DNA from: a bacterium
GTDB taxonomy: Bacteria > SAR324 > JACQKK01
Direction of reading: 5' to 3'
DNA: 64,000 bases
Assembly (NCBI GenBank): GCA_965240465.1
Contig: OZ251219.1
Location: forward strand, 64,001-128,000
The notes under the pieces were generated by a model. The model was not told the origin of the DNA. It ran no database searches and worked only from the letters and a program-made list of their open reading frames with translations. The position numbers and the translations under genes were made by a program. The first letter of the stretch is position 1, and every line of letters starts with the position of its first letter. Below are positions 51,901 to 62,272 of the stretch, one piece after another.

Positions 51901-53096
51901 GGTGCACTATGTAGCATCGAAGATTGTGAGTGTCTGGGATGAGTATTTTTATTGCTTAGTAATGGTGGATGCCCGGTGGTTTGGTAAGGAGACTCAATCC
52001 ATCCGCCCCCCAGCAAGTGATGGCGATCATAGAATACTACTGCTTGTCCTGGAGTGATAGCCCTGACTGGATCATGGAAGCGTACTTTTACTCGGCTGTG
52101 AGGTTGAGGAATAACAAGTGCTGGTTGCGGTTTGTGAGAATAACGTACCTTGGCTTCCACGGTAAAAGGATATCTAGGAGGTTCACAAGAAACCCAATTT
52201 ACTCGTTTAACGGATAAGCTTTTTGAGAACAAGGCTTCTTCTGCTCCCAGTACTACTTCTTGGGTATGTGGTTTAATATCTACCACAAACATGGGACCGT
52301 TGCTATTTATTCCCAGGTGCCGTCTTTGTCCGATAGTGAAATAGGCAATGCCAGGGTGCATGCCAAGGAATGACCCTTCCATGTCCACAAGAGCACCAGG
52401 CATGCTGGGGAGCGATTCTTTTTTGAGGAAACTACGATAATCTTTTGAGATGAAACATATTTCTTGGCTTTCAGGCTTGTCCCATGTTTTAATTTTAAGG
52501 CGGTGAGCGATGTCTCTTACCGTGGACTTACTAATTTCTGCCAGGGGGAAGAGCAGCCAAGGTAGCTCTTTCCTTAGGGTAGTGAAGAGGAAATAAGTTT
52601 GGTCCTTATGGGTATCGTAGGGACGAGAGAGTTTCCAACCGCTGGATATATGTTCCAGACGGGCATAATGCCCAGTAGCCAGGTAAGAACATCCGAATTG
52701 ACGAGCCTGAGATAATAGCAACCCGTGTTTGATGGAGTCATTGCACATCACGCAAGGATTGGGAGTCAACCCATGTTGATAATCACTAATAAAATTATCA
52801 ATTACTTGCTCACGGAAAGATTTTATATGGTTAACAACATAAAATGGGATTCCCAGCTGGGAACAGACTCTGCGAGCATCCAGGGAGTCATCCACAGAAC
52901 AGCATTTTTTGTTGCTCTTTTCAGATTCTGGAATGTCGTGCAATTTCATGTGAATGCCGATTACATCCCAGCCTTGTTCCACCAACAAGGCTGCCGCCAC
53001 CGAAGAATCCACTCCTCCACTCATGGCTACCGCCACACGTCCTGAGGATTTATCAATATCGGTAGCAGGAGAAACAACCATGGTTTTCAGTAACAC
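51897..53096 (-). CDS. mnmA: tRNA-specific 2-thiouridylase
   Basis: 'AMSGGVDSSV', 'TPNPCVMCN', 'ATGHYA', 'KDQTYFL', 'ESQEICF', 'TPGQ'. Confidence 0.97.
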   Translation of the reverse strand: MLLKTMVVSPATDIDKSSGRVAVAMSGGVDSSVAAALLVEQGWDVIGIHMKLHDIPESEKSNKKCCSVDDSLDARRVCSQLGIPFYVVNHIKSFREQVIDNFISDYQHGLTPNPCVMCNDSIKHGLLLSQARQFGCSYLATGHYARLEHISSGWKLSRPYDTHKDQTYFLFTTLRKELPWLLFPLAEISKSTVRDIAHRLKIKTWDKPESQEICFISKDYRSFLKKESLPSMPGALVDMEGSFLGMHPGIAYFTIGQRRHLGINSNGPMFVVDIKPHTQEVVLGAEEALFSKSLSVKRVNWVSCEPPRYPFTVEAKVRYSHKPQPALVIPQPHSRVKVRFHDPVRAITPGQAVVFYDRHHLLGGGWIESPYQTTGHPPLLSNKNTHPRHSQSSMLHSAP

Positions 53097-53142
53097 AAAA
53101 TTAGTAATGCAAGATTGAAAATATAATAAAAACCAACCAGCA

Positions 53143-54225
53143 TTACAATGAATTTAGCAAAACACTCTCATAAATTTGTATATTTGATCTTTTTCTGAGT
53201 TTTGTCAGCCATTTTTGATAGCTTTGTGTTTGTCGTGCAAGCACCATGATTCTACGAATTTGAGGCCGCGATTGGGCATAGGTCAACAAGCGTGCGGGGT
53301 GTTTTTTTTCCAATCGGAATAGATGAAAACCCATCTGGGTACGCACCGGTTGTCCTCCAGGATTTGTTTCTCCAATATTTTTTAGAGAAAACACCATTCC
53401 ATCAAATTCAACCGGCAACACCCCTCTTTCTACCAAACCTAAATCTCCACCCAAATTGCGATCAGGAGTAGTGGAGTACTTGCGTGCCAATTGGGCAAAA
53501 TCGGATCCTAAATGCAACTGCCGTAGCACATTATCATACAATCTTTTTGTCCCCACGGCGATATGCCTTGCTTGGCGCATTTCCGATTGGCGAAACCCAT
53601 GTAGATTACGTTGATAATACAAGCGCATTTCTTTCTCAGAAATAGGAATATTATTAAGTACTTCTTGATTAACCAGCTTTTCATGTAGCAACCGCTTGCG
53701 GACATGCTCTCTCCAGCTACGTTGCATTTCTATAGGTACAAAATTAGACGGCTGAACACCATATTCACCACCCAAGAGTTTTTTTAACATTTCATCCAGA
53801 TCCACGTCTGTAATATGCAATCCCCTACTACGAGCCTCCTGACTCAGAAGTCTATCATCAATCAGCTTATTTAATATCAACTTCGCTAATGTTTGCTTTT
53901 CTTCCTTATTACTAGTCAGCAAATGTTCCCAATGCGTAGAAGAATATTGATATGCTTTTTCATACTCTCCAAAATAAATAGACTCGTTGTTAACCGTGGC
54001 CACTAACTTACTGGTGGAAGAACTTAATTTCTGCTTTCCATAACGTGGCTTGCTGACTCCCACCCATACCACCAACAAAAGAAACATCCCAATCGTTAAA
54101 AACAGAAGTCTAAGTCTACGCCGTGGCCAGCCTTTACTTTGCTTACTTGTGCCAAGAATCAGTCTAGATGATTTAGCTTCCTTTTCTATCAGCTTATTTT
54201 TCATCTCATTCTTTTTCATAGTCAT
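53143..54225 (-). CDS. SurA/PrsA-like chaperone with parvulin PPIase domain
   Basis: TM anchor, 'VATVN', 'ARHI', 'FAQLARKYS..GGDLG', 'T.MGFHL'. Confidence 0.88.
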   Translation of the reverse strand: MTMKKNEMKNKLIEKEAKSSRLILGTSKQSKGWPRRRLRLLFLTIGMFLLLVVWVGVSKPRYGKQKLSSSTSKLVATVNNESIYFGEYEKAYQYSSTHWEHLLTSNKEEKQTLAKLILNKLIDDRLLSQEARSRGLHITDVDLDEMLKKLLGGEYGVQPSNFVPIEMQRSWREHVRKRLLHEKLVNQEVLNNIPISEKEMRLYYQRNLHGFRQSEMRQARHIAVGTKRLYDNVLRQLHLGSDFAQLARKYSTTPDRNLGGDLGLVERGVLPVEFDGMVFSLKNIGETNPGGQPVRTQMGFHLFRLEKKHPARLLTYAQSRPQIRRIMVLARQTQSYQKWLTKLRKRSNIQIYESVLLNSL

Positions 54226-54324
54226 ACCATTAAGCTACAATAGAACTGCTAATCTTCATTATGTTATAATTTCAACCCTGACACCAAATATTTAGACATA
54301 AAAAGGATACTATCTTTATGCCGT

Positions 54325-54494
54325 ATTGCTTAGAAGATGTTTGTTGTTCGTAAAGTTGGTATTATATCAATCAATGTTTGACTGTATCTGCTTGGCAGGA
54401 ATAGGGATCATGGCGTTAACAAAAGATTATCCATAGACGACAGATGCAGTCAAATATCCAATGACGTGCCAAAACAACCTAAAGATTGAGCAAT
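54325..54494 (+). ncRNA. Candidate structured RNA (rod-like, 6S-RNA-like)
   Basis: Four nested helices with G-U pairs that work only on the + strand; see finding. Confidence 0.45.
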
Positions 54495-54511
54495 TATTAA
54501 CACTGAATGCA

Positions 54512-54610
54512 GGAGATGGATGAGTCACTGGTGGGCTCCCCGGGCTTCAAACCCGTGTGCGAGATGCTAACCCCGTCTTGGGTGGGTTCGATTCCCACAC
54601 ATCTCCGCCA
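54512..54610 (+). tRNA. selC: tRNA-Sec(UCA)
   Basis: GGAGATG..CATCTCC-G-CCA; anticodon arm CGGG-CT-TCA-AA-CCCG; long variable arm; GTGGG-TTCGATT-CCCAC; 99 nt; G73. Confidence 0.95.
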
Positions 54611-54650
54611 TGTTTTTGGTGGATGTCATTATTACCAGTTGTGATTATGA

Positions 54651-55268
54651 TCAGGCTTTGGTCTTATTCCAGCGTATTTTTAATTCCTGGTCGTAGCCAG
54701 GGTGAGTAGCACAAAGCAGAGTGTGTGCGTACAACTGTATATTTTTGGATTTCATCATTTTGAAAGCCGTCTCAATATTGTGATCAAAGAGTGGTTCTGG
54801 AGAAGGAAGGGTAGCCTGTTGATGAGCCGAGTGAACAAATTCCAAGTAAATATTAAAATCTGTAGCTGGCATGTCAAGACTTTGGGAAACTGAACGAAGT
54901 AAATCAATTTCCTCATCAGCTAACACGCCGTCAGCCATCGCCATTCCCATCAGATCTAACATTAGACTAACTGTCAGACCCGAATCGCTCATTCTTTTTT
55001 CAATCTTGTCGCGATTTCCAAGTTCTTCTTGCTGAGCAATATCCATAATTTTTTTGCCTTGGGATTCATCCAGTTCAAAGTCTTTTATCCAGCGTTTTAG
55101 CAGGCTATTCTCCTTAGGGTCCAAGGTTCCGTCGCTACTGGCAATGCTTGCCACCAGCATTAGATATTCTTTCCTAGTATCAACAGGGAGATCCGACATA
55201 TTAGGCATGCCAGAAAAAACATTCAATTTTATTCGTCTACGATGTTTTTGTTTATCGAGCCAGTCCAT
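54651..55268 (-). CDS. TerB-like protein
   Basis: Duplicated 'A.SDG.L...E' and 'AMADGVLADEE' helix motifs. Confidence 0.75.
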   Translation of the reverse strand: MDWLDKQKHRRRIKLNVFSGMPNMSDLPVDTRKEYLMLVASIASSDGTLDPKENSLLKRWIKDFELDESQGKKIMDIAQQEELGNRDKIEKRMSDSGLTVSLMLDLMGMAMADGVLADEEIDLLRSVSQSLDMPATDFNIYLEFVHSAHQQATLPSPEPLFDHNIETAFKMMKSKNIQLYAHTLLCATHPGYDQELKIRWNKTKA

Positions 55269-56394
55269 AACTAATCACTCTGACTTTATGTTGAAAATAT
55301 AGTTGAAGCACAAGGTTACCGGCGAGTAGAGCAAAATAATCTGCTTTTTTCAAGGACAATCTTACCCAATGGTATCTATATTGTCCAGCGTTTTGCTTGG
55401 CTTGATAGCGACCAAAATCTACTACTGCCATCCGCTGGTCCCCCCCAATGTATAGGAAGCGAGGCAAAAAGTCACTATATTTTGTATTTACTGGGCGGGC
55501 AGAGTTTGAGCTAAGAATTAAGGAATAGCTGGAGTTGGCAGTGGGTTGGTAAGTAGAGAATTTGGTATTGGCATCTTTAATAGCTTGTCTGTGTTGAATT
55601 ATAGAAGGAAACTGTTTGTCCACGGTACCGAATTTTCCGCTAAGATCGGCTACTGTGGGAGCACCGTAATCAGCCAATTTTAGGCTAATCGTATTCGCCG
55701 CTTTGGAAGAAAGAGATTTTTGTTCATTACTGGGGGTGGAGTAGAATACATTATTTAATGGAGTTTGGGTAAGGTAGACGACAACTGAATTTAGAGAATA
55801 GAGGCTTAGCTGTTCTGGAGGGATCTTATACAGTAAATCTTCTACAAAAAATATTCCTGTCGATGGGCTAAGGATGGCCTCTATGGTTCTTCCTGGAATT
55901 GGAGTATTGATTTTTACGATTAGTTGTACGGTGTCAGAGTTATTGAGTGATTTACGGAAGTTTTTTGTAAGTTCAATGTCTATTTGTCCAGCTATCAGTA
56001 TTTTTGTCCATTTATTTAATTCTTGGCGAGCTTCTACGAGGTCAGGTTTTTGTAGCAAGGTATATTCAAGCCGAGCGTAAGCTTTATGCAGTTTTTCTTG
56101 AGTAAGATAACGAAGGTAAGCCTTAAAGTTCTCAGGAGCAGCTTTTTGATTTACCCGTACCAATGATTCCTTAAAACGACTATTACGCGGTTTTCTTGCT
56201 ACCGCGTGCTGATAGGCAACAGAAGCCTCCTCAAAGCGTTGTTCTTTTTCCAGCTTTAATCCTTCGCGATAATGCTCCGCACAACCGGAGATTAATAAGG
56301 ACCAGGCAAATAAATACAGCCCCTGTTTCCTAAACCGTAGTTTATGATAGCTAGTCTGTAGCAGGAAAAAGCGGATAATTAGGAGCTTCATCAA
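55252..56394 (-). CDS. Hypothetical TPR-like lipoprotein (start uncertain, overlaps guaB end)
   Basis: Lipobox 'LLISGC' followed by TPR-like 'YREGL..E....FEEA..AY..A..RKP.N'. Confidence 0.6.
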   Translation of the reverse strand: MMKLLIIRFFLLQTSYHKLRFRKQGLYLFAWSLLISGCAEHYREGLKLEKEQRFEEASVAYQHAVARKPRNSRFKESLVRVNQKAAPENFKAYLRYLTQEKLHKAYARLEYTLLQKPDLVEARQELNKWTKILIAGQIDIELTKNFRKSLNNSDTVQLIVKINTPIPGRTIEAILSPSTGIFFVEDLLYKIPPEQLSLYSLNSVVVYLTQTPLNNVFYSTPSNEQKSLSSKAANTISLKLADYGAPTVADLSGKFGTVDKQFPSIIQHRQAIKDANTKFSTYQPTANSSYSLILSSNSARPVNTKYSDFLPRFLYIGGDQRMAVVDFGRYQAKQNAGQYRYHWVRLSLKKADYFALLAGNLVLQLYFQHKVRVISYGLAR

Positions 56395-57868
56395 TAACAT
56401 GGACGTCATGTACGTGACTTTCACGTAGGCCATAATTGGTCATACGAACAAAGCGGGTACGTTTATACAAAGAAGGAATATCAGTAGCCCCCACATATCC
56501 CATGCCAGCACGAACTCCTCCCAGACATTGGTGAATGCTCTCAGACAAAGGACCTCTATATGGCACGCGACTTTCTACACCCTCAGGCACCAATTTGCCA
56601 GATTCTACTCCCATTGAATTTTCTTGCTCCTGAACATTTTCTTTATCTTGCTCTTGAAAATAGCGATCCCGAGAACCTTGATTCATCGCAGATAATGACC
56701 CCATACCACGATACTTCTTGTAACGACGACCTTTGTATAATATCACCTGACCGGGAGTTTCATCTGTGCCTGCAAACAAATTACCTAGCATCACGCTATC
56801 CGCACCTGCTGCCAGTGCCTTAACAATATCTCCTGAATATTTAATTCCCCCATCTGAAACCACAGGAACCTCTTGAGAACGGGACACCGAAACCACCGCT
56901 TGAATAGCTGTTAACTGCGGCATACCCACACCAGTAACCACCCGAGTGGTACAAATTGAACCCCCACCCACCCCCACCTTTATAGCATCTACACCAATCT
57001 TTAACAATTCCTCCGCTGCCTCAGCCGTGGCAATATTACCCACCATTAACTCCAAGTCAGGGTATTTCGTACGGATTTCCTTAGTTACTTTCAACACCTT
57101 TTCTGAATGACCGTGGGCAGTATCCAAAACAATCAAATCAACTCCTGCAGACACCAACGCCTCGACTCGCAACATAACCTCCTTGCCCGGTCCTACCGCA
57201 GCTCCCACCCGTAGACGACCTTTACTGTCCTTGCAAGAATTCGGATAAAGACGAGCTTTTTCAATGTCCTTCACCGTAATCATTCCCACTAGTTCGTATT
57301 CATCATTGACAACCAATAGCTTTTCAATGCGGTGCTTGTGCAAAAGCATCTTGGAATCATTCAAGTTAATATTATTCTTCACGGTCACCAGATTGTCTTT
57401 ACCTTTAGTCATCAATGCTGAAACCGACTGACTAGCATTGGTCTCAAAGCGTAAATCACGATTAGTGAGAATACCCACCAATACCTTACCTCTGGTAACA
57501 GGAACGCCAGATATGCGGTAACGATTCATCAACTCTAAAGCCTTACTAATAGGGGCATCAGGATCAATGGTGATGGGATCCGAAATCATACCGCTTTCAG
57601 AACGTTTAACTAAGTCTACTTGTCTGGCTTGTTTTTCAATTTCCATGTTTTTATGAATCACTCCTATGCCTCCCTCCTGAGCCAGACAGATTGCCGTCCT
57701 ATATTCGGTTACGGTGTCCATAGCAGCACTTAACAAAGGAATGTTGATATCTATGTTTCTGCTGAGGCGGGTGTGTAGATTGACTTGCTGAGGAAGTACG
57801 GAAGACGCCTCCGGAACAAGGATGACATCATCAAAGGTCAAACCTTCTTCTATACGTTCGGTAAGCAT
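56351..57868 (-). CDS. guaB: Inosine-5'-monophosphate dehydrogenase
   Basis: 'LTFDDV', 'SAAMDTVT', 'GSICTTR', 'YRGMGS', 'ESHVHDV', CBS pair. Confidence 0.98.
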   Translation of the reverse strand: MLTERIEEGLTFDDVILVPEASSVLPQQVNLHTRLSRNIDINIPLLSAAMDTVTEYRTAICLAQEGGIGVIHKNMEIEKQARQVDLVKRSESGMISDPITIDPDAPISKALELMNRYRISGVPVTRGKVLVGILTNRDLRFETNASQSVSALMTKGKDNLVTVKNNINLNDSKMLLHKHRIEKLLVVNDEYELVGMITVKDIEKARLYPNSCKDSKGRLRVGAAVGPGKEVMLRVEALVSAGVDLIVLDTAHGHSEKVLKVTKEIRTKYPDLELMVGNIATAEAAEELLKIGVDAIKVGVGGGSICTTRVVTGVGMPQLTAIQAVVSVSRSQEVPVVSDGGIKYSGDIVKALAAGADSVMLGNLFAGTDETPGQVILYKGRRYKKYRGMGSLSAMNQGSRDRYFQEQDKENVQEQENSMGVESGKLVPEGVESRVPYRGPLSESIHQCLGGVRAGMGYVGATDIPSLYKRTRFVRMTNYGLRESHVHDVHVIDEAPNYPLFPATD

Positions 57869-58102
57869 ATGCTAGACTGGAGCCTTAAAATAACAGGTTG
57901 AGGAAAGCGAATGAAATATCATGGATTAGAAAGTAGTTGTAAAAATGCAGGCACACAAAATATCGTGCTTCAAACAACCATCAAACACGAAATGAACATA
58001 AATAGTCCTCAATATACACCTATAAGTACCACCCCTGATTGTATTATACCCACTATTCATAATGCAACTTATGGTGCTCATGATAGTTTGTAGGATGATA
58101 TT

Positions 58103-61100
58103 TTGGGAGTAAATTTGGTGAAACAGGAGTTCAGAGTCAGGAAGGAAAAATTATTACAGGAGGACATGGGGAAGGTTGCAAAAGTAATACAAAAATTATC
58201 TCATCAAAATACAGTAGAGGTAGGAGGACTAACACCAGAAGCCCATGCTTGGTGGCTGCAGCAATTAGCTGAATCTGCTAGCACACAACATTTGTGGATA
58301 GTGACGGATTCTTTTAGCCGTGCCCAGCAATTGAGGAAAGATTTGACATTTTTTTCACATACTGCAGGCAATCATAGAAACTCACGAGAGGTTTTTGCAT
58401 TTCCCCATTGGGACACTATGCCATTTGAGTTTTTTTCTCCTTCTCAAGAGGTTATGGCTCAGCGTTTGACAGCCATTGATACCATACAGCAAGGAACCAC
58501 GACACTAGGAGTAACCTCTGTACAAGGCTGGATGCAGGCTACATTGCCTAAGAAAGTAATCACAGACAGTGCCTTCACCTTATCTATAAATCAGCAAGTG
58601 GAGCGTAAATGGTTGCTCGAGAAATTGATAAATAGTGGCTATACACGAGTGGAACTAGTGGAGGCGGTAGGGGAATTTTCTGTAAGAGGTCATTTGGTAG
58701 ATGTTTTTTCTCCTCAGCAAAAGCACCCATTGCGTTTAGATTTCTTTGATGACGAAATCAAAACCATGCGTCTGTTTAATGCCGCCTCACAAGTAAGCCT
58801 GACAGAAGTAGCAGAACAACGCATTCTTCCCGCCCGTGAGGCTTATTTAAATCCCACCAGTGCAAAACTAGCCATGATGTATTTGCGTCAACATAAAGCA
58901 CAAATCAATCCTCAGTGGTATCAGCAATTGTGGTCGCAACTGGAAGATGGATCTCCTTTTGCGGGCTGTGAGCAACTTATATCCCTCTACCATGGAAAAT
59001 CCGAGTGGCTACATCAATATTTACCGTTGCAGTCGCTGGTGGTTTTGGAAGAGCCCGAGTCCGTGTGGAGGTCTGCCCAAGCATTTGAAGCAGACTTTAT
59101 GCGCGAAGCTGAGCATGCCCAACAGAAAGGTCTGATGCTTTTTTCTCCAGAGACCATGTTTTTAAGTACGTCTCAATTAAAAAAGAGCTGGGAGTCTCAC
59201 AAAACAGTGCTGGTGCGTGCATTGATGAGCTCTCATAAACAAACTGAGTCTATCAATGTACTTACTGCAGACAATAATTCACTAAGGTTGCATGCTATGG
59301 AAACGCCGACAAGAGGCACAGACAAAAAATCATCCTTGCATGTGGATACCACAAAATTAGCCAAGCTGATGGATAAGTGGCAAAGTGAGGGTTCTCGCAT
59401 CCTGTTGGCTACATATTCTGGGGTGGCAGCCGAGCGCTTCCAAAAAAATCTGAAGGCTTGTGGGTTATCGGCTAAGCTTTGTCAGGCGAATGAAGAATCG
59501 GTGTTGTCTGCTTGGAGGAACCCCTACAAATCACCTTCTCAAGGCAAGTCATGGGAAATATTGTTACTGAATAAAACACCCAGTAAAGGATTTCGTCTAC
59601 TGGATGAAAATGGTAATACCCGATTTTGTCTTATTACCGAATCTGAATGGCTAGGAGAAACAAGACCTTTACGACCTAAACCTCAGAGTGGTAACAACAA
59701 CAGAAACTTTGCAACCACCATAGCTGAATTACAATCAGGGCAACTGGTGGTACATGTGGATTATGGTATCGGTCGCTATCAAGGATTGAAAAAATTAACC
59801 GTAGAGAACATAGATAGTGAATGCTTGGAGATAAATTATGCTACCGGAGGAAAGATCTATGTTCCCGTATCGCGTCTTCATTTGGTGCAAAAATATGTAG
59901 GCTCCGCCGGCGAAGATCCCCCGTTGAATAAACTAGGAGATGGCAGATGGCAACGCACCTGCTCACTAGCAAGAAAAGTAGTACAAGACATGGCACGTAG
60001 GCTAGTGGATGTTCAAGCGGCTCGCCAAGCACACACAGGTCCTATGTTTTTGCCTTCTTCATCTTTGCTAGATGAATTTTCACAAGGATTCCAATTTCAA
60101 GAAACCCCAGACCAACAAAAAGCCATTGAAGAGGTTCTCAAAGATCTAGCACAAAGACAGCCCATGGACAGACTAGTCTGTGGGGAAGTGGGCTTTGGTA
60201 AAACAGAGGTCGCTATGCGGGCTGCTTTTGCCGTAACCATAGAAAATGGACAAGTGATGTTACTCTGCCCAACAACTGTTTTGGCTCAACAGCATTACAC
60301 TAATTTTCACCAACGCTTTCACCATCTGGGAATACGAGTAGAAATCTTGAGCCGTTTTGTGCAACCTAAACAGCAAAAAAAAACCTTAAGAGAATTTCAA
60401 AACAGTGAAATTGATATCCTTATCGGCACCCACCGTCTGCTCTCCAAAGACGTCAAAATCCCTGAAAATCTTGGACTATTAGTGATAGATGAAGAACAAC
60501 GCTTTGGAGTTATCCACAAAGAGCGGATTAAAACATTGAGAACAAATATTAACATTCTTACTCTCTCTGCCACTCCGATTCCCAGAACACTACACATGTC
60601 TATGATGGGAATTAGAGACCTCAGCCTCATAAGTACTCCTCCGCATAATAGACTATCCGTACGTACCCGCATTGCTCGCTATAGCGAGCACATAATACGT
60701 GAATGCATAGAACGCGAAATCAGGCGTGATGGGCAAGCATTTTTTCTACACAATAGGGTGGAAAGTATTTATTCCCAAGCCCGATACATAAAAAATCTGT
60801 TGCCCGACATTTATATGGAAATAGCCCATGGGCAAATGCCAGAATCTAAATTAGAGACCACAATGCAGGAATTCGTGGCAGGACGTATTCAATTACTGGT
60901 TTGCACAGCTATAATTGAATCAGGCTTGGATATTCCTCGTGCTAATACCATAATTATTAATCAAGCGGAAAACTTTGGTCTAGCACAATTGCACCAACTG
61001 CGCGGCAGAGTAGGACGTTCTCATAAGCAGGGCTACGCTTGGCTACTTACCCATCCCACAAAACCTCTACAAATCCAAGCACGCAAGAGATTAAACCTGC

Positions 61101-61726
61101 TACAAGAATTTAGTGCCTTGGGAGCCGGCTTTCGCATTGCCACCCATGATCTAGAAATACGAGGAGCAGGTAATCTATTGGGAGCAGAGCAAACTGGTCA
61201 TATGCACAAAGTTGGGTTGGAACTTTTCACTAAAATGGTCACAGAAACAGTAGCCATTTTGAAAGGAAAAACCACCACCACTCGTTGCCGCTTAGAACTT
61301 CCATTTTCCTATCTCTTGCCAGAAACATATGTTATTGGGACTAGACAACGCTTGGAAATATACAAACGACTCGCAGAAATAAGCCACCTAGAAGAACTGT
61401 GGCAACTACGACAAGAAATGGAAGATCGTTTCGGAATGCCCATTGAGGAAACTAATAACCTATTCACCATGGTACAAGTTCGCTTGTGTGCAGAATCCTA
61501 TGGTATAGGCTATCTCAAGGCAGATCAGCATATCCTTAAAGCCCGCTTTAGACAACCAGAACGCATCAACATGCAGGCCCTCATGGCATTGATTAAAGAT
61601 CACGATAATCCTTTGCAACTTCAACCAGAAAACTGGCTCATTCTAGGTCCCATGCCTGTAACCCCTGTTGTTTTATTGGATGAGCTGGAAACATTATCTA
61701 ATTTCATTCAGCCCCAAGTAGCTTAG
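58103..61726 (+). CDS. mfd: Transcription-repair coupling factor (start uncertain; ATG 58166 alternative)
   Basis: 'GEFSVRG', RID 'VVHVDYGIGRY', 'ETPDQ', 'GFGKTEVA', 'DEEQRFG', 'SATPIPRT', 'QLRGRVGR', 'DLEIRGAG'. Confidence 0.97.
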   Translation: MGVNLVKQEFRVRKEKLLQEDMGKVAKVIQKLSHQNTVEVGGLTPEAHAWWLQQLAESASTQHLWIVTDSFSRAQQLRKDLTFFSHTAGNHRNSREVFAFPHWDTMPFEFFSPSQEVMAQRLTAIDTIQQGTTTLGVTSVQGWMQATLPKKVITDSAFTLSINQQVERKWLLEKLINSGYTRVELVEAVGEFSVRGHLVDVFSPQQKHPLRLDFFDDEIKTMRLFNAASQVSLTEVAEQRILPAREAYLNPTSAKLAMMYLRQHKAQINPQWYQQLWSQLEDGSPFAGCEQLISLYHGKSEWLHQYLPLQSLVVLEEPESVWRSAQAFEADFMREAEHAQQKGLMLFSPETMFLSTSQLKKSWESHKTVLVRALMSSHKQTESINVLTADNNSLRLHAMETPTRGTDKKSSLHVDTTKLAKLMDKWQSEGSRILLATYSGVAAERFQKNLKACGLSAKLCQANEESVLSAWRNPYKSPSQGKSWEILLLNKTPSKGFRLLDENGNTRFCLITESEWLGETRPLRPKPQSGNNNRNFATTIAELQSGQLVVHVDYGIGRYQGLKKLTVENIDSECLEINYATGGKIYVPVSRLHLVQKYVGSAGEDPPLNKLGDGRWQRTCSLARKVVQDMARRLVDVQAARQAHTGPMFLPSSSLLDEFSQGFQFQETPDQQKAIEEVLKDLAQRQPMDRLVCGEVGFGKTEVAMRAAFAVTIENGQVMLLCPTTVLAQQHYTNFHQRFHHLGIRVEILSRFVQPKQQKKTLREFQNSEIDILIGTHRLLSKDVKIPENLGLLVIDEEQRFGVIHKERIKTLRTNINILTLSATPIPRTLHMSMMGIRDLSLISTPPHNRLSVRTRIARYSEHIIRECIEREIRRDGQAFFLHNRVESIYSQARYIKNLLPDIYMEIAHGQMPESKLETTMQEFVAGRIQLLVCTAIIESGLDIPRANTIIINQAENFGLAQLHQLRGRVGRSHKQGYAWLLTHPTKPLQIQARKRLNLLQEFSALGAGFRIATHDLEIRGAGNLLGAEQTGHMHKVGLELFTKMVTETVAILKGKTTTTRCRLELPFSYLLPETYVIGTRQRLEIYKRLAEISHLEELWQLRQEMEDRFGMPIEETNNLFTMVQVRLCAESYGIGYLKADQHILKARFRQPERINMQALMALIKDHDNPLQLQPENWLILGPMPVTPVVLLDELETLSNFIQPQVA

Positions 61727-61851
61727 CTGTGGTGGTTTATCATTCTGGTATTTATACCCTATATGCAATAGATATATCGGGATATTGCCTTTACACAAGG
61801 TACTGCTTGACATCAGCAAGTTAATTGCGATGGAATACTCCCTAGTAGTAT

Positions 61852-61924
61852 GGGGATGTAGCTCAGCTGGGAGAGCACGACGCTGGCAGCGTCGGGGTCA
61901 GGGGTTCGAGCCCCCTCATCTCCA
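61852..61924 (+). tRNA. tRNA-Ala(GGC)
   Basis: GGGGATG..CATCTCC-A with G3-U70; CGACG-CT-GGC-AG-CGTCG; no encoded CCA. Confidence 0.96.
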
Positions 61925-61969
61925 TGCACATTGTGGCTGATTGTACTATTTTTTATAAGGTATTTTCCG

Positions 61970-62197
61970 ATGAGTAAAAGATGTCAAATTACCGGGAAAC
62001 GTGGTCTAGCAGGAAACCGGGTTTCTCATGCAAAAAATAGAAGTCGCCATGTGCAGCAACTGAATCTGCATAAAAAACGTGTTTGGGTAGAAGAAAAGAA
62101 ACGCTGGGTGACAGTGCGTATCAGTTCACAAGGACTACGCATTTTACAACGGAAGGGAGCATTTCAAACCTTGAAAGAAGCAGGCTTGATTGACTAG
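61970..62197 (+). CDS. rpmB: 50S ribosomal protein L28
   Basis: 'MSKRCQITGK...GNRVSHA.N...NL'. Confidence 0.95.
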   Translation: MSKRCQITGKRGLAGNRVSHAKNRSRHVQQLNLHKKRVWVEEKKRWVTVRISSQGLRILQRKGAFQTLKEAGLID

Positions 62198-62272
62198 CCT
62201 TATCCTGATGACCTGGTAGCACCGGACTGAGTATTGCACTGATAGCAAGTATCTTGTTTTGCCTGTTTAACA

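Noticed and set aside
54611-55268. Genomic island integrated at selC or other tRNAs
   Set aside because: No integrase or duplicated tRNA 3' end in the window; sequence beyond tRNA-Leu at 63914 cannot be assessed.
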